Shown here in pieces: positions 41,234-52,616 of a stretch of 64,000 bases of DNA. Source of the DNA: Wickerhamiella versatilis (taxonomy: Eukaryota); NCBI GenBank assembly GCA_030867685.1, contig JAQOWU010000001.1:310001-374000 (forward strand), in the 5' to 3' direction. The notes beneath the pieces are model-generated. The model had not been told where the DNA came from, made no database searches, and saw nothing but the letters and a program-made list of their open reading frames with translations. A program made the translations under genes and the position numbers. The stretch's first letter is position 1. Each line of letters begins with the position of its first letter.

Positions 41234-42292
41234 ATGTCTCGCCCTCAGGTTCAGGTTCAAGGCGGTGGTGCTACAGCACTCCCTGACGTTTTCTCCACTC
41301 CCATCCGTTTGGATATTGTTCACAGCGTTTTCACTAGCGTGAACAAGAACAAGCGCCAGGCTTACGCCGTGGCCTCCAACGCTGGTGAGCAGACCTCTGC
41401 CGAGTCATGGGGTACTGGTCGTGCTGTTGCCCGTATCCCCCGTGTCGGTGGCTCTGGTACTTACGCTTCTGGTCAGGGTGCTTTCGGTAACATGTGCCGC
41501 TCTGGACGTATGTTCGCTCCCACCAAGACTTGGCGCAAATGGCACGTTAAGGTCAACCACAACGAGAAGCGTTACGCCACAGCATCTGCTATTGCTGCTA
41601 CTGGTGTTGCTTCCCTTGTGCTTGCCCGTGGCCACCGCGTTGAGAAGATCCCAGAGGTTCCTTTGGTTGTCAACGACGAGCTCGAGGCCGTCAAGAAGAC
41701 CAAGGAGGCCATTGCTGAGCTGAAGAAGTTCGGTGCTGGTGAGGATGTCGCAAAGGTTGTTAACTCCAAGAACATCCGTGCCGGTAAGGGTAAGTTGCGT
41801 GGCCGCCGCTTCACCCAGCGCCGTGGTCCTCTCGTCGTCTACGGCGAAGACAAGGGCTTGGTTAAGGCTCTCCGCAACATTCCTGGTGTTGAGACCAGCC
41901 CAGTAACCTCTCTCAACCTTCTCCAGCTTGCACCAGGTGCCCACCTTGGCCGTTTCGTCATCTGGACCAAGTCTGCTTTCGAGGCTCTTGACAAGATCTG
42001 GGGTCCTGAGGGCAAGTCTGGCTACAGCTTGCCACAGAACATCATCAGCAACAGTGATGTTACTTCCATCATCAACTCTTCTGAGATCCAGGCCGCTGTC
42101 CGTCCTGCCGGTGAGAGCAAGCAGAAGCGCACTCTTGTCCAGAAGAAGAACCCTCTCAAGAACAAGCAGGTGCTTCTTCGTCTTAACCCCTACGCCAAGG
42201 CGTACTCAGAAAAGAAGCTTGGTTCTCAAAAGGTTGAGCAGCCCAAGACAAAGACCTCTAAGGAGTTCAAAGCCTTGTTGCAGGAGAACTAA
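41234..42292 (+). CDS. RPL4: 60S ribosomal protein uL4
   Basis: [19 protein letters not shown] and [15 protein letters not shown]; strong codon bias. Confidence 0.98.
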   Translation: MSRPQVQVQGGGATALPDVFSTPIRLDIVHSVFTSVNKNKRQAYAVASNAGEQTSAESWGTGRAVARIPRVGGSGTYASGQGAFGNMCRSGRMFAPTKTWRKWHVKVNHNEKRYATASAIAATGVASLVLARGHRVEKIPEVPLVVNDELEAVKKTKEAIAELKKFGAGEDVAKVVNSKNIRAGKGKLRGRRFTQRRGPLVVYGEDKGLVKALRNIPGVETSPVTSLNLLQLAPGAHLGRFVIWTKSAFEALDKIWGPEGKSGYSLPQNIISNSDVTSIINSSEIQAAVRPAGESKQKRTLVQKKNPLKNKQVLLRLNPYAKAYSEKKLGSQKVEQPKTKTSKEFKALLQEN

Positions 42293-42468
42293 GCATTAAA
42301 TTGGCTACTAATCCGATATAAGCTATTAAAATGTGCTGCTTGAATAAATATTTGAACTTTGATGTTATACACACATAGTTGCACTAGAAATAGACACTCT
42401 GAGGAGGAACCCATATATTGTGGTCCAAGCTTGTGGGTCATATGAATAAGAGTCCCACATAATCTTCA

Positions 42469-44943
42469 ATGGCCAGGCGCAAAAGTCAGAAACAGAAGCG
42501 CGAAGAACGCGCAAAGTTATCAGGTCAAATGAATGAGGTACCTGGTACCAGTGGAGCTCATAGTTTTGACATCAAAAGTTGCGAATCGTTTAGTACAGAC
42601 TGTGCAGAGTGCGATAAATTCGAACACAAACCGACAGAGCATAGCATGATGAACCTTTTTGCGCAACTGGTTCCCTATTCCTACAATGCTTCATATTATC
42701 CAGTTATGACGCTAGTTTCGCATTTTCCTTGTCACCTGCCGGCACCTATTCAATTCTCTAATGGATTGCAAAACCCACCAGCACCAGAGGTTAGAGCTGT
42801 GCCCCCCACTGAGACAGCCTATATGAGAAATGATTCTCTGGGGCTCTTTGAATCCAGTAGATATGAAGTAGCAGATCCATATGACGGGTCGACTCAGCTG
42901 CAGAATTCACACCAAGTATTTGAACTATCATCAGAAGTCTCAGTCGGGGATATAGAATATCAGCATTCACAGGAGTCACTTCAACCAGAAAGCCAGTGCG
43001 AATCCGACATAAGCTTCAGCAGCATGCAGGAAGAAGATGACTATAAATTAGAAATTGAAACCTCAATATCTGAGCAAAACGATTTGACGGAATCTTCGGT
43101 CAATTTATCATTCTCTGACAGTGAACAGGAGCCTCTGGTTGAGAATAACAAGAGTCTTGCCGATATTGTATTACCTAATACTTTTGACGATATGGCCCGG
43201 AAAAAAGCCGGGCCTCGCAAAGACAAAGCTAGGTCCGCATCAAAGCGGCAGCGAGCAAAAGAAGCTTCCGAGATACATGCAAGAGGGCTTATATCACGAG
43301 TGGGCCCGAACACCTCCGTAAAAAAACCTGCAGCTGCGGGGGCATTTCTCACCGCGGCAGCTGCTCGTATCGTCCCTGGAGAGGGAGTGCTCCAGTATGC
43401 TACGGCGAAAGATGCTCCATCGAATAAACACACATCTCCTAATGAAGATAATGGTGAAGAGGGCTTTATCGCTTTTGACGAAGACGAGAGCGATACGCCG
43501 ATGGATACAGGACTAGCCTCTCAGTTTGCTCAGTATGAGGAGGATAACGAAAAGCAGCAAGAGGAGGAAGTGGAAAAGTTCGACAAGACGGCACGGCCCG
43601 TGCCCGAGGCTCCTGCACCATGGTTGCGCTATTTACCCTCAGGTTCGACGCAGGAAACGTCTCTCGTGGAGCAAATTACCAACGAGATAAATGCATTCAC
43701 AGAATTTGTTTCTCCCACAGCAAAAGAACAGAGTAAACGCGAAAGCCTTGTGAAACGCATCCAAGGGCTTGCTCGGCGGATGTGGCCTGGAGCTAAGGCA
43801 AGCCTATTTGGGTCCTTTGCAACGGGCATGTACCTGCCAGGTGCAGATGTCGATCTGGTCATAAATACCCCAGAACGCCGTCTTGACAATCGGAGAGAGA
43901 TGTATAGACTTGGTGAGCGAATCAAACGCCAAGGATGGGCAGATTCCTTGGACGTTATTGCCAGGGCACGTGTCCCAATCGTAAAATTTGTCGATAAGAA
44001 TACTGGATTGGCTGCTGATATATCTTTTGAGCGTCCCTCTGCGTTAGCAGCAGTGCGAACAACCCAAGATTGGCTTCGCAAGGAACCTGCAATCAAGCCT
44101 CTTGCTCTTGTCGTTAAGCAGTTATTGAAGCGGAAGAAGCTGAATGAGGTTGTGCATGGAGGGCTGGGTGGTTATGCCACGGTTTGTCTTATTGCGCATC
44201 TGTTGTTCACGCATCCACGGTTGAAATCGGGTGAAATGCGCACTACTGCTAATCTGGGTGTGTTGGTACTTGAGTTTTTCATGTATTATGGCCAAGAGTT
44301 TGACAGCAGACGTCTCGCACTTGTGATGACCGGTGAGATGGGACTTGTTCCAAAGTCGTCAAACGTAAACCTGCAAACATCAATCGTTGATGGCCTCGCA
44401 ATTCAGGATCCCAATGATCCAAATAATAATGTTTCGAGAGCAAGTTTCAATTGGCCCCAGGTTCGTCGTGCATTTGTGCAGGCTGCAGATCTTCTCCGCA
44501 GGCAATGTGCAGAGTACGTAGACGCTTCCCTTGTAGCAAAATCCCATCACTCGTTCCTTGCCCCTGTGCTCATGTATAATGAATCTCGACCACAACATCC
44601 TCGTCTTCCCGTCATTCCTAAGGGCCAGACTGGCCGACCTGATACCTCCCGGAAACCACCACCACCTCTAAAACGAGGTAAACAAGGACAAGATCAACAG
44701 AAGTCAGGCCCACCACCTCTCGTAAAAAGACTTCGCCTCGATCCTTATATTGCAGTGGAATCAAGCTCTTCTTCCGATGGCGAGGGCGAGGCCAAGGCTG
44801 GCAGAGGAGCTAAGGCATCTTCATTGGCAACAGACTCATCTGCCGATGATGATCAAGACAGCAGAACATTCGTTACCACTGCGCAAAGACGTCAGTTCTG
44901 GCAAAATAAGGGACGCACACTTGCTAGCGGGACTAGCAGCTGA
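42469..44943 (+). CDS. PAP2: TRAMP non-canonical poly(A) polymerase Trf4/Trf5 (alternative start at 43192)
   Basis: FGSFATGMYLPGADVD, ARVPIVKF, DISFE, LNEVVHGGLGG, NLGVLVLEFF, IQDPNDPNNNVSR. Confidence 0.85.
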   Translation: MARRKSQKQKREERAKLSGQMNEVPGTSGAHSFDIKSCESFSTDCAECDKFEHKPTEHSMMNLFAQLVPYSYNASYYPVMTLVSHFPCHLPAPIQFSNGLQNPPAPEVRAVPPTETAYMRNDSLGLFESSRYEVADPYDGSTQLQNSHQVFELSSEVSVGDIEYQHSQESLQPESQCESDISFSSMQEEDDYKLEIETSISEQNDLTESSVNLSFSDSEQEPLVENNKSLADIVLPNTFDDMARKKAGPRKDKARSASKRQRAKEASEIHARGLISRVGPNTSVKKPAAAGAFLTAAAARIVPGEGVLQYATAKDAPSNKHTSPNEDNGEEGFIAFDEDESDTPMDTGLASQFAQYEEDNEKQQEEEVEKFDKTARPVPEAPAPWLRYLPSGSTQETSLVEQITNEINAFTEFVSPTAKEQSKRESLVKRIQGLARRMWPGAKASLFGSFATGMYLPGADVDLVINTPERRLDNRREMYRLGERIKRQGWADSLDVIARARVPIVKFVDKNTGLAADISFERPSALAAVRTTQDWLRKEPAIKPLALVVKQLLKRKKLNEVVHGGLGGYATVCLIAHLLFTHPRLKSGEMRTTANLGVLVLEFFMYYGQEFDSRRLALVMTGEMGLVPKSSNVNLQTSIVDGLAIQDPNDPNNNVSRASFNWPQVRRAFVQAADLLRRQCAEYVDASLVAKSHHSFLAPVLMYNESRPQHPRLPVIPKGQTGRPDTSRKPPPPLKRGKQGQDQQKSGPPPLVKRLRLDPYIAVESSSSSDGEGEAKAGRGAKASSLATDSSADDDQDSRTFVTTAQRRQFWQNKGRTLASGTSS

Positions 44944-45151
44944 TTATTGTGCGGTCTCTTTATAGGAGTAATCAGCTTTCACGAAGAGGGCACATTTCCC
45001 TAATTGCATGATACCTGATATTTACTAAATTTTCAATATATTAATCTCATTTTTCCTCTCAATTTCTAATATCAATCGAATAATGGTTGCAGCCTGACCG
45101 GGAGTTAATAGCGTAATCTAACTTGTCACGTAAGCTGAAAAATCACAAAAG

Positions 45152-45613
45152 ATGTCTGGAGACCACTCTCGTGATCCGTGTCCTCTTGTGATTGTCAACG
45201 ACTTTGGTGGTGCATTTGCCGTTGGTGCAATTGGTGGTGCGATCTGGCACACTGTTAAAGGGTTTAGAAACAGTCCTTACGGTGAGCGCTGGCAGGGTGT
45301 CAAGTCTGCCGTACGATTGCGGGCACCAACCCTCGGTGGTAACTTCGGTGCCTGGGGTGGTGTTTTCAGTACGTATGACTGCGCTGTGAAGGGTATTCGC
45401 AAAACAGAAGATCCCTGGAACGCTATAATTTCGGGATTCCTTACCGGTGGTACACTGGCTATCCGTGGAGGGTGGCGCCATGCACGCACTGGTGCTATAG
45501 TTTGCGGACTTTTCCTGGCCGCTATTGAAGGTGCATCCATTGCTGTCACTCGTATGTGGGCTGAAGCGCCGCCCGCTCCCCCCATTCTCCCTCCTGAGAC
45601 ACCGCTGGCTTAG
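45152..45613 (+). CDS. TIM17: Mitochondrial inner membrane translocase subunit Tim17
   Basis: [36 protein letters not shown]. Confidence 0.96.
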   Translation: MSGDHSRDPCPLVIVNDFGGAFAVGAIGGAIWHTVKGFRNSPYGERWQGVKSAVRLRAPTLGGNFGAWGGVFSTYDCAVKGIRKTEDPWNAIISGFLTGGTLAIRGGWRHARTGAIVCGLFLAAIEGASIAVTRMWAEAPPAPPILPPETPLA

Positions 45614-45738
45614 CAAGGTCACTGAGCTAGTATTAGATATGTATATATGATGACAACCCCCATATTAGACCAATGTGTGAAATTAGAGAGGTGATAAATG
45701 CCAGAAATATTAGGGAAAAGTGCCGACAAGTTCTTAAC

Positions 45739-46749
45739 CTAAAAATGAGGAGGATTAAGGAGCAGCATAAGGTTATTCCAGAATCCCTGGTCGTATATGT
45801 TAATGATATCAGACCAGTCTCGGACTTTCACGAGCCTCTGATCGTTTATGACTGCCATTTCATCTTTCGCGAGAGGTCGATTCCATTGTCCATTCTGAAG
45901 CTTTTGCAATACAATAGAAGTTCCTTCATATACGTATAGATCACCACATCCAATTAAGTACGTAACATCATCCCATTTATCTACTTCATTCGTTGTGCAT
46001 CCCTGATAGATGTAGCGAAGATGCAATGCAAAGAAAGCGGTACAAAGAAACCCAATATTCACTGATAGGATTAGCAAACAGCATGCTGTGCAATATGCAC
46101 GGCCCATACCAACAACAGACCAAAAGAGTGTGAGCCAGCGCTTACCCTGGGACCATTGTAGAGAAAATGCAGACCACACCATGACTGTTAGAATTACGAT
46201 TGCATGGGCAAAAAAATAAATGTGGACAACGAGAAAGAGCAGAAACCAGCGAGCATTCAACAAACCCACACAATTGTTAACCCAAAGACAATGATGGTCT
46301 GCAAGCGCGATACACGACCTGCATGAACTGCAATGCTTGCTTCTTGCAGGTTTTTCAAAGCCACACGTTGAACACTCCTTCTGAGGATAAAAGAGAATGC
46401 GATCAAAAGGGAACATAAATACTGCATTAGAATGGTTTGCCCTTGTTATCTTTCCTGGATTAGAGAAGTAGATACGGGCTAATACAAGGGCTGGTAATGG
46501 ATAGTGGCATCTCAAGATAGTTCTGTATGTGTGGGAAGTTACCAGAGGAAGGCAGTTCTTATCAAATAGTGTAAGAAAAAATACAAGCAGTACAACGTGA
46601 CCAACAGGCACTGCATTAGCCGCTGCAGATCCTGAAAGTTTCACGATGAGCCTGTGGGTCGTGCCCAATGCCCCTTTCCGTTTACGACCCCCTACAACTG
46701 CTGCAGCGAGTGCAAAGGTAGCGGCGGCTATAATGTACACCCATAGCAT
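45739..46749 (-). CDS. SWF1: DHHC palmitoyltransferase Swf1
   Basis: CSTC..EKPARSKHC..C...DHHCLWVNNCVG, TTNE..KW, NIYDQGFWNNL. Confidence 0.85.
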   Translation of the reverse strand: MLWVYIIAAATFALAAAVVGGRKRKGALGTTHRLIVKLSGSAAANAVPVGHVVLLVFFLTLFDKNCLPLVTSHTYRTILRCHYPLPALVLARIYFSNPGKITRANHSNAVFMFPFDRILFYPQKECSTCGFEKPARSKHCSSCRSCIALADHHCLWVNNCVGLLNARWFLLFLVVHIYFFAHAIVILTVMVWSAFSLQWSQGKRWLTLFWSVVGMGRAYCTACCLLILSVNIGFLCTAFFALHLRYIYQGCTTNEVDKWDDVTYLIGCGDLYVYEGTSIVLQKLQNGQWNRPLAKDEMAVINDQRLVKVRDWSDIINIYDQGFWNNLMLLLNPPHF

Positions 46750-46852
46750 GTCAGCCTGACAAAACTGGTACACATACAAATCTCTCGCTATAAGCTGTGT
46801 ACTTTGATCTAGAGGTATCAGCGAGCTCTAAGGCTATATTAAATAAATAGTT

Positions 46853-47443
46853 CTAGCAGGCACACCCTTGTTGCTGCGCTCTGGTAAGGTCGAGAACACG
46901 GCGCTCCTCACGTTCCCGTTCACGCTCTACATCCTCCAAAGGCATTCTCTCTGCTAACGCGCGAAATATTTGTCCGACACCTTCGCCAGACTTTGCTGAA
47001 CACTCGAAATAGAGTAAACCCGCATCATCAGCATAGGCTTGTGCCACATCACTATCAACTTTACGCACCAAATCAGATTTATTACCTGCTAAAGCAACTA
47101 AGGTTCGCTCATCTGCCTGTAATTGGAGTTCGCGTACCCAGACTTTTGCCCTGCCGAACGAAGCGGGGCTGGTCAAATCAAAAACCACGACCGCAGCATT
47201 AGCGTTACGGTAATACATGGGAGCAAGACTTTTATATCTTTCTTGACCCGCTGTATCCCATATTTCGAACTTCACTGTAGCATCGCTCTCAGGAAGATAT
47301 ACACTCTGGGTGAGAAATGCGGCGCCAATCGTGGATTCCTTCAGCTCATCGAAAGTATTCTTGGCAAATCTACTGACAAGTGAGCTTTTACCAACTGCTG
47401 ATTCGCCTAGAAGAACCAGCTTGAACTGAGCAAACCTGCCCAT
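46853..47443 (-). CDS. YPT52: Rab5-family GTPase (Ypt52/Ypt5-like)
   Basis: [45 protein letters not shown]-terminal CAC prenylation motif. Confidence 0.8.
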   Translation of the reverse strand: MGRFAQFKLVLLGESAVGKSSLVSRFAKNTFDELKESTIGAAFLTQSVYLPESDATVKFEIWDTAGQERYKSLAPMYYRNANAAVVVFDLTSPASFGRAKVWVRELQLQADERTLVALAGNKSDLVRKVDSDVAQAYADDAGLLYFECSAKSGEGVGQIFRALAERMPLEDVEREREREERRVLDLTRAQQQGCAC

Positions 47444-48533
47444 ATTCGTTGCCTCCGTCTATCTTGATGCTTATGTCACCAAGTTTGTTATTGTCGGTAG
47501 GTGCCAAGAAATGTCTGACCATATTGGCAACAGGCAACTTGAATAACCCACAAAGCACACTTTTCTTTTGCTGGAGGAATCATTGACAGTTTTCAGGTCG
47601 TGTGGCATGACTATGTTTTCTACATCGGAGATTGTTCGATGGATTTTAATGCTTGTTTCTTAGTAAATTTATATATCTTGGTCTAGTAGTTTATTGGAGA
47701 CAATTCTTTTTTTAGTTTTTCACAGACTTACAATAATTATTGAATGGTCATGTGTTCGAACGTCGTGATGATTCGGATAACACGTTTATAAGGACAATAA
47801 AGAGAGACTCGAATCACACGTCCTGGATTAATAGGTGAGGAAGTACATATGATTATACCTGCATTTTTAGTGTCTAACTAGGCAGAGCATATTGCCCACC
47901 GCACCGATAAGCATTTGCTCTCCACATTTCCTGTCATTCTGTTCACGCAATGTACCACTATTCCCTTGATTTTCCGTCCAGAGATGGCAATTGCTGTAAT
48001 CACTCACTCAACCAGCCTCCTGTGCAGACCTTTTTTGGATCTGATCCTTGGGAAGAACCTAACCTCGTAGCGTACAAGGCATAATAGTTTTATTCGAACG
48101 AAGGACAGTCCAAGAAACCTTTTCTTTGTGGATAAATAGAACAGAGATCCTTATGCACCAAACAATTGTTTTTTTTTGTTCATTATATCGTTGCAATTCT
48201 AAATGGATATAACGTTCTTTCGTAATGTTCCCAAAAAGGTAAACCCTCGGCTGTGCAGGGCTAGGTCCGACCAGAAGCATATTTTGTATCCATCGCGGAT
48301 ATGACCTTCGAATCCCCCAAAAATAATATTATCCGGTTTAGTAAATCTGATATTTAGACATATGAGAAGTTGATTCAAACTATATCATGGCAATCTTTGG
48401 ATTTGGTGAACATGTGATGACTTAAAGGTACCCTTGCTGATAGAGGTAGGTGGCTGGTACCCCCCGAATACGAACACTATTTAAATAGCCATCTAAGATC
48501 AATTCACGTGTACAGATATCCATTCGTTTAGAC

Positions 48534-48860
48534 ATGTACGGTGCTCTTGTTCTTGCAGCCTTTGGCTCTGCAGTCAATGCTTGGTCGAACGAAACCATAG
48601 TTACTGATAACGTGACATACTTTACCACCTACTGCCCATCGCCTACCACTTTCACCCATGGCAATGGAACTTACACGGTGACCGCTGCTACCACGTTGAC
48701 AATTGAGGATTGTTCATGCACTGCCACACCTAAAGCTACAGCTGGTAACTCAACCCGCAGCAATTCCACTAGCCCGGTCCCGACCCAGGCTAACGGGGGA
48801 GCTACCCAAGGAATGGCTGCAATTGGTGCTGTTGCAGCAGCAGTGGCATATCTTCTATAA
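48534..48860 (+). CDS. Small GPI-anchored cell wall protein of the Sed1/Spi1/ccg-6 family
   Basis: Signal peptide, a single [31 protein letters not shown] repeat, and a QANGGA + hydrophobic GPI signal. Confidence 0.88.
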   Translation: MYGALVLAAFGSAVNAWSNETIVTDNVTYFTTYCPSPTTFTHGNGTYTVTAATTLTIEDCSCTATPKATAGNSTRSNSTSPVPTQANGGATQGMAAIGAVAAAVAYLL

Positions 48861-48980
48861 TACAGTTTTTGAATAAATTTTTATAGCAAATAAGGTATTG
48901 ATTAATTAATTGTTGAATTGAGATATAAAGAACATCCTAAGCGAGGTGAGGTTATTCAATAAAATAATGGCATAATCGCT

Positions 48981-49760
48981 TTAACTTATCGATTCAGGAA
49001 ATATAGGCTCGTGAAAGACCTCCATTCCCCCAATTTCGTCCGTATCGTCGCTATTTAAGGGGACGTACTCGCGAAACTCGTAAGAGCGCTGTGCAAACAC
49101 GCCACCAACGTAAATCCAAATCGGATTTTCCTCCTCTAACGAAAAACCGTTACGATGGTTTTGTAATAAGCGTTGCTGTGGGGGGTGAAGAACCTGCTCT
49201 GATGCCAATACCAAAGGCCGTTGATCATCTAGGCCCAGAGCCAGTTGTAAAGGCCTCAATGTGTTCCCTAACTCGATAACATGATGATATCTACGAGTGA
49301 ATACTGCAGGGGCAAGCTTGCGTAAATAATGTAACAAAACGCTGAAACCGTAATCAGCTATCACACACATATCAAGGAATATGGCTTCCACTTCGGCATC
49401 ATAATAGACAAAATTGTAACAGACGTCTACTCGCTTCACATAGCGTCTTTTAACATCTGTAGTCTCTATAAGAGCTGGTGTGAAAACGATCTCAAAGCCA
49501 CTTGGCTGCTGTTGATATGATGATATGGTACACATCCATTCTTGTGCAAAGGCACCTTCAAGAAAAGACTCAAATAAATTGGAAACAAGGTGAAAGCTCG
49601 TCTGGTGACCATTGTCGCGAATTGATATATTAAGCACCCATCTCGTGGCAAGTGGAGTTAGCTCCATATCCCCTGGTGATACGCTCACATACGCGTCCAT
49701 TTGCATTCCAAGAGTCTCAGACCTTGCACATAATGACTTTCTTGCAAGTTTACCTTTCAT
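48981..49760 (-). CDS. Putative meiotic DSB protein Rec102 (Top6B-like Spo11 partner), highly divergent
   Basis: 259 aa from the first ATG. Colinear motifs match S. cerevisiae Rec102 as recalled (WVLNI~IKLNF; YVKRVDVCYNF~YLSELSTTVNF; DYGFSVLLHYLRKLAPAVF~EYFSSLIVSQLEFEYPMVF; TLRPLQLAL~SLAPISYAL). Confidence 0.6.
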   Translation of the reverse strand: MKGKLARKSLCARSETLGMQMDAYVSVSPGDMELTPLATRWVLNISIRDNGHQTSFHLVSNLFESFLEGAFAQEWMCTISSYQQQPSGFEIVFTPALIETTDVKRRYVKRVDVCYNFVYYDAEVEAIFLDMCVIADYGFSVLLHYLRKLAPAVFTRRYHHVIELGNTLRPLQLALGLDDQRPLVLASEQVLHPPQQRLLQNHRNGFSLEEENPIWIYVGGVFAQRSYEFREYVPLNSDDTDEIGGMEVFHEPIFPESIS

Positions 49761-49881
49761 AAATAATGGTGGGAAAAATCGCGGGTAATTGTCTTGGGTC
49801 GCACCTCCGTCCCAGTTGAGAATTAGAGGACGCGACTTGCTTGGGGACGTGGGACCTGAGACTTGCGGCAAAGGATTATTA

Positions 49882-49889
49882 TGCGGCTA
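49882..49889 (-). promoter_or_regulatory. URS1-like (Ume6) element upstream of putative REC102
   Basis: TAGCCGCA versus consensus TAGCCGCC (1 mismatch), about 120 bp upstream of the ATG. Confidence 0.35.
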
Positions 49890-49991
49890 TTGAGACTAAT
49901 ATTCTTGATGAAAGTTTCTTCGCAATAAATTTTATGGGAATAGTTTCCACTATTGTAATAGGCGAAGCTTTAATACACGTTTTGATCTGAG

Positions 49992-52616
49992 CTATGATAA
50001 ACCTCCTCTAGCAATATAATCTGATACAACTCTGACTTTATCATCTTTTGCGGCCAGGTCTTCAAAAAATAAGGCGTCACGCCCTTCACGCTCTTGTCGT
50101 TTGATTCTTAAACTTTGGATTGATTCAAACCCTGGAGCACATAATCTGCATTCGGTAGCCCCTCCAAGGCATCGAGTGTGGAAACTATGACCACAAGCAA
50201 AGTGAATAACGGGAAGTTCGATAGGTAGTGTACACAAAGCACAATTACCAGGCTTCACAATGCGTGCGTGTGCAAGCTCCTTCAGTTTCTCACGCTTATC
50301 TATAGTCTCCTTTTCGTAAGAATCGGAAATCTTCTTTTCTCGAGAAATTTCAGAACTCGCTTTGTCGAGTAAAGATTGCAGCCATGGTCGGATATGACCA
50401 ATTGTCACATAAGTACTTGAACAAACTTCCTGGATGACTTCCACAGATGTGAGTGAATTTGAAGCCAGGTCCAATACTTCGTTGAATTCCTGTTCTGTCA
50501 GCTCTGCAAGCGCGCTTTCCGTTGTAAAACGACGGAGAGCCACGGATGCATCGATCTCTTTGAAATGATCGTGGTACTGCTGAAGCGCCTCACGGGGAGG
50601 ATAGTCATTCAGTACATCTTCCCAAGTGCGACCCATATTCACCTGATCTGCAGGCTCTAGTTTGACACCAAGAGCTCGAGTAACTATTGCAATTGTCGCA
50701 GGATCAATATACTTTTCATAATCCTTGGACAACTTATGAGCCTTCTCAATCCAGTTTTTGCGGAGATACATCTCATACAATGTACTAGTCACATCAGAAG
50801 GTGCTGCCTCAAGACAGGCTTCAAGAAAAATAATAAATTCATCATCATGACCAACAAAGCTCGGATATATGAGCCGAGGTCGTGGGGGTGCATAAGATAT
50901 TTCGGTCGATTCTAAGGGTGCAGCTACAGTAGATCCACTGATGTATGACATGAATGCCTGGTAGCTTTCTAGAACCGGGCGATGAGAAAAGGAGGGTTGC
51001 TCATGGAGAGTTGTCGCTGGCTTGAACTTACCGGTGAACAGTGTAATTAAAAGACCGGTCGTCTCAACAGGAAGTTCATCCAATAAGGGACGAGCATTCT
51101 GAACCAGTATTCGGAGAGCATCAGAAACACTCTGTCGCTTAATATACTCTAGACACTCCCAAAAATCATGTAGGTCTCGTAATTTGATCTGAACCGCGAT
51201 ATCAGGGTCAGGCCACATCTCAGCTGCCTGCGCCGCATGAACCTGAAGTTTAGCATCTTGAAGTATTTCAATTGCCGCCTCATAGTCAAAGCCTACCGGC
51301 GGATTAGCAAGGAGTTCACTGGGATCTTTCTCGAGCTTCACATAGCAGATTAGGAGTAAAGTTGTGTGTTGTGGTGTGGCTTTTCCCAGATGATGCACAC
51401 TTTCGAGATATTGCGCCAAATAGGTCGCATACCGGGAATCCTTGAAACGAAGAATTGCATGTGATGTGTTTCCAAGATCCATGGCAGCAATATAATGTTC
51501 CAAAGCAGCTGCGGGATCGTTATGATCGAACAAGTAATCGGCATAGTCTTGATGCAATTCCAGAGCCCAATGCGTCTCTTTGGAGAGTCGGAGAGCAATT
51601 TCAAATAGCTTCTGTGCTCTGAGTGTTTCAATTTTTTTAGCCAAGGTATGCTCATGGAGCTCATAGAGTATTCCATCACTACCGAGGATACCTAAATTTC
51701 CTCCAAGATCCATAACACCTACTGTTGAGGGTGCAAGATGGCCATTGAAGATTATCAGTTTATTCACCGTATCCACTATAGTAATACGCAGTGTCTCAGC
51801 TGCAAGCAAAGACGGAGCATTCCATGCTGTGGTCACAATCAGGTAGTTGTTCCAGCAAACAACACAGCGCTTAGCAACAGCAAGTTCAAAGGAAGCACCG
51901 CGGTGTTTAGTGGTATACCTGCAAATTTCCGCATCTCTGCAGACCACAAATTCGCCATTCTGGACTGTGGTGCAACCCAAAGCCGCACCTTTTGTTGGTT
52001 CAACCACAATTGGACTACCCCTGCCAGAAGTTGATAGAATCGTTACCTGGGAAAGTGAAGAGACCCATACGGCATTCAAGTCTGGTGTAAGTTCAAGCCC
52101 TGTTACTGCACTGTCGGCAGTCCAAATAAGACGTGACCTTGCACCTCTATCATGAAGAAGATCCCCTCTAACTACAATTACCGAGCCATCCGCAAACCCG
52201 AGAGCCATTACACTAGCATCTGGAGCCACGGAGAAACTTGTTAGTGGCTGGTTGGTAGAATGGGTTACTTCCGTGGTGGCATGCGCGTCATTGGGCCGGT
52301 TGTCGAAATCCCATAATGATATGAGGGTAGGATACCCTTGGCGGGTTGCTACTGTAACCACAAAGTCTGTTCCAGGTAAATCGGTAACAGTGAATGGTAC
52401 ATACAGAGGTGGACAGGTAAATATGCTATGTCTGAGTACGAGATCGCGAGTTGCCTGGCGCAACTCGCCTGTGCGGCTCAACACCCATATAGACTCCTTC
52501 CCACTACAGCAAGCTATAACTTCAGGATCTGAATACAAAGGACGGTCCGTGTTAGGGTCACGTATGGGAACTACATCAAAGAAGGTGAACTCATTCCACT
52601 GCGCGAACGTGCTCAT
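49992..52616 (-). CDS. VPS11: HOPS/CORVET subunit Vps11 (Pep5)
   Basis: N-terminal WNEFTFFD, VVRGDLLHDRG, CHCR region (HTTLLLICYVKL), YAPPRPRLIY, C-terminal RING (CALC..PIELPVIHFACGHSFH..C). Confidence 0.9.
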   Translation of the reverse strand: MSTFAQWNEFTFFDVVPIRDPNTDRPLYSDPEVIACCSGKESIWVLSRTGELRQATRDLVLRHSIFTCPPLYVPFTVTDLPGTDFVVTVATRQGYPTLISLWDFDNRPNDAHATTEVTHSTNQPLTSFSVAPDASVMALGFADGSVIVVRGDLLHDRGARSRLIWTADSAVTGLELTPDLNAVWVSSLSQVTILSTSGRGSPIVVEPTKGAALGCTTVQNGEFVVCRDAEICRYTTKHRGASFELAVAKRCVVCWNNYLIVTTAWNAPSLLAAETLRITIVDTVNKLIIFNGHLAPSTVGVMDLGGNLGILGSDGILYELHEHTLAKKIETLRAQKLFEIALRLSKETHWALELHQDYADYLFDHNDPAAALEHYIAAMDLGNTSHAILRFKDSRYATYLAQYLESVHHLGKATPQHTTLLLICYVKLEKDPSELLANPPVGFDYEAAIEILQDAKLQVHAAQAAEMWPDPDIAVQIKLRDLHDFWECLEYIKRQSVSDALRILVQNARPLLDELPVETTGLLITLFTGKFKPATTLHEQPSFSHRPVLESYQAFMSYISGSTVAAPLESTEISYAPPRPRLIYPSFVGHDDEFIIFLEACLEAAPSDVTSTLYEMYLRKNWIEKAHKLSKDYEKYIDPATIAIVTRALGVKLEPADQVNMGRTWEDVLNDYPPREALQQYHDHFKEIDASVALRRFTTESALAELTEQEFNEVLDLASNSLTSVEVIQEVCSSTYVTIGHIRPWLQSLLDKASSEISREKKISDSYEKETIDKREKLKELAHARIVKPGNCALCTLPIELPVIHFACGHSFHTRCLGGATECRLCAPGFESIQSLRIKRQEREGRDALFFEDLAAKDDKVRVVSDYIARGGLS

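Noticed and set aside
41385-42299. Long alternative-frame and antisense ORFs over RPL4 (also over TIM17 and others)
   Set aside because: These are expected shadows of strong codon bias and show no independent protein features.
47765-48044. C-box GTGATGA in the long intergenic region between YPT52 and the Sed1-like gene
   Set aside because: There is no D box at a plausible distance, no terminal stem and no recognisable rRNA guide. The long gap is typical of a cell-wall gene promoter.
49642-49692. 51-nt in-frame intron candidate (GTATGT...GCTAAC...GAG) in putative REC102
   Set aside because: The 3' site GAG is non-canonical, and the unspliced translation aligns better with Rec102.
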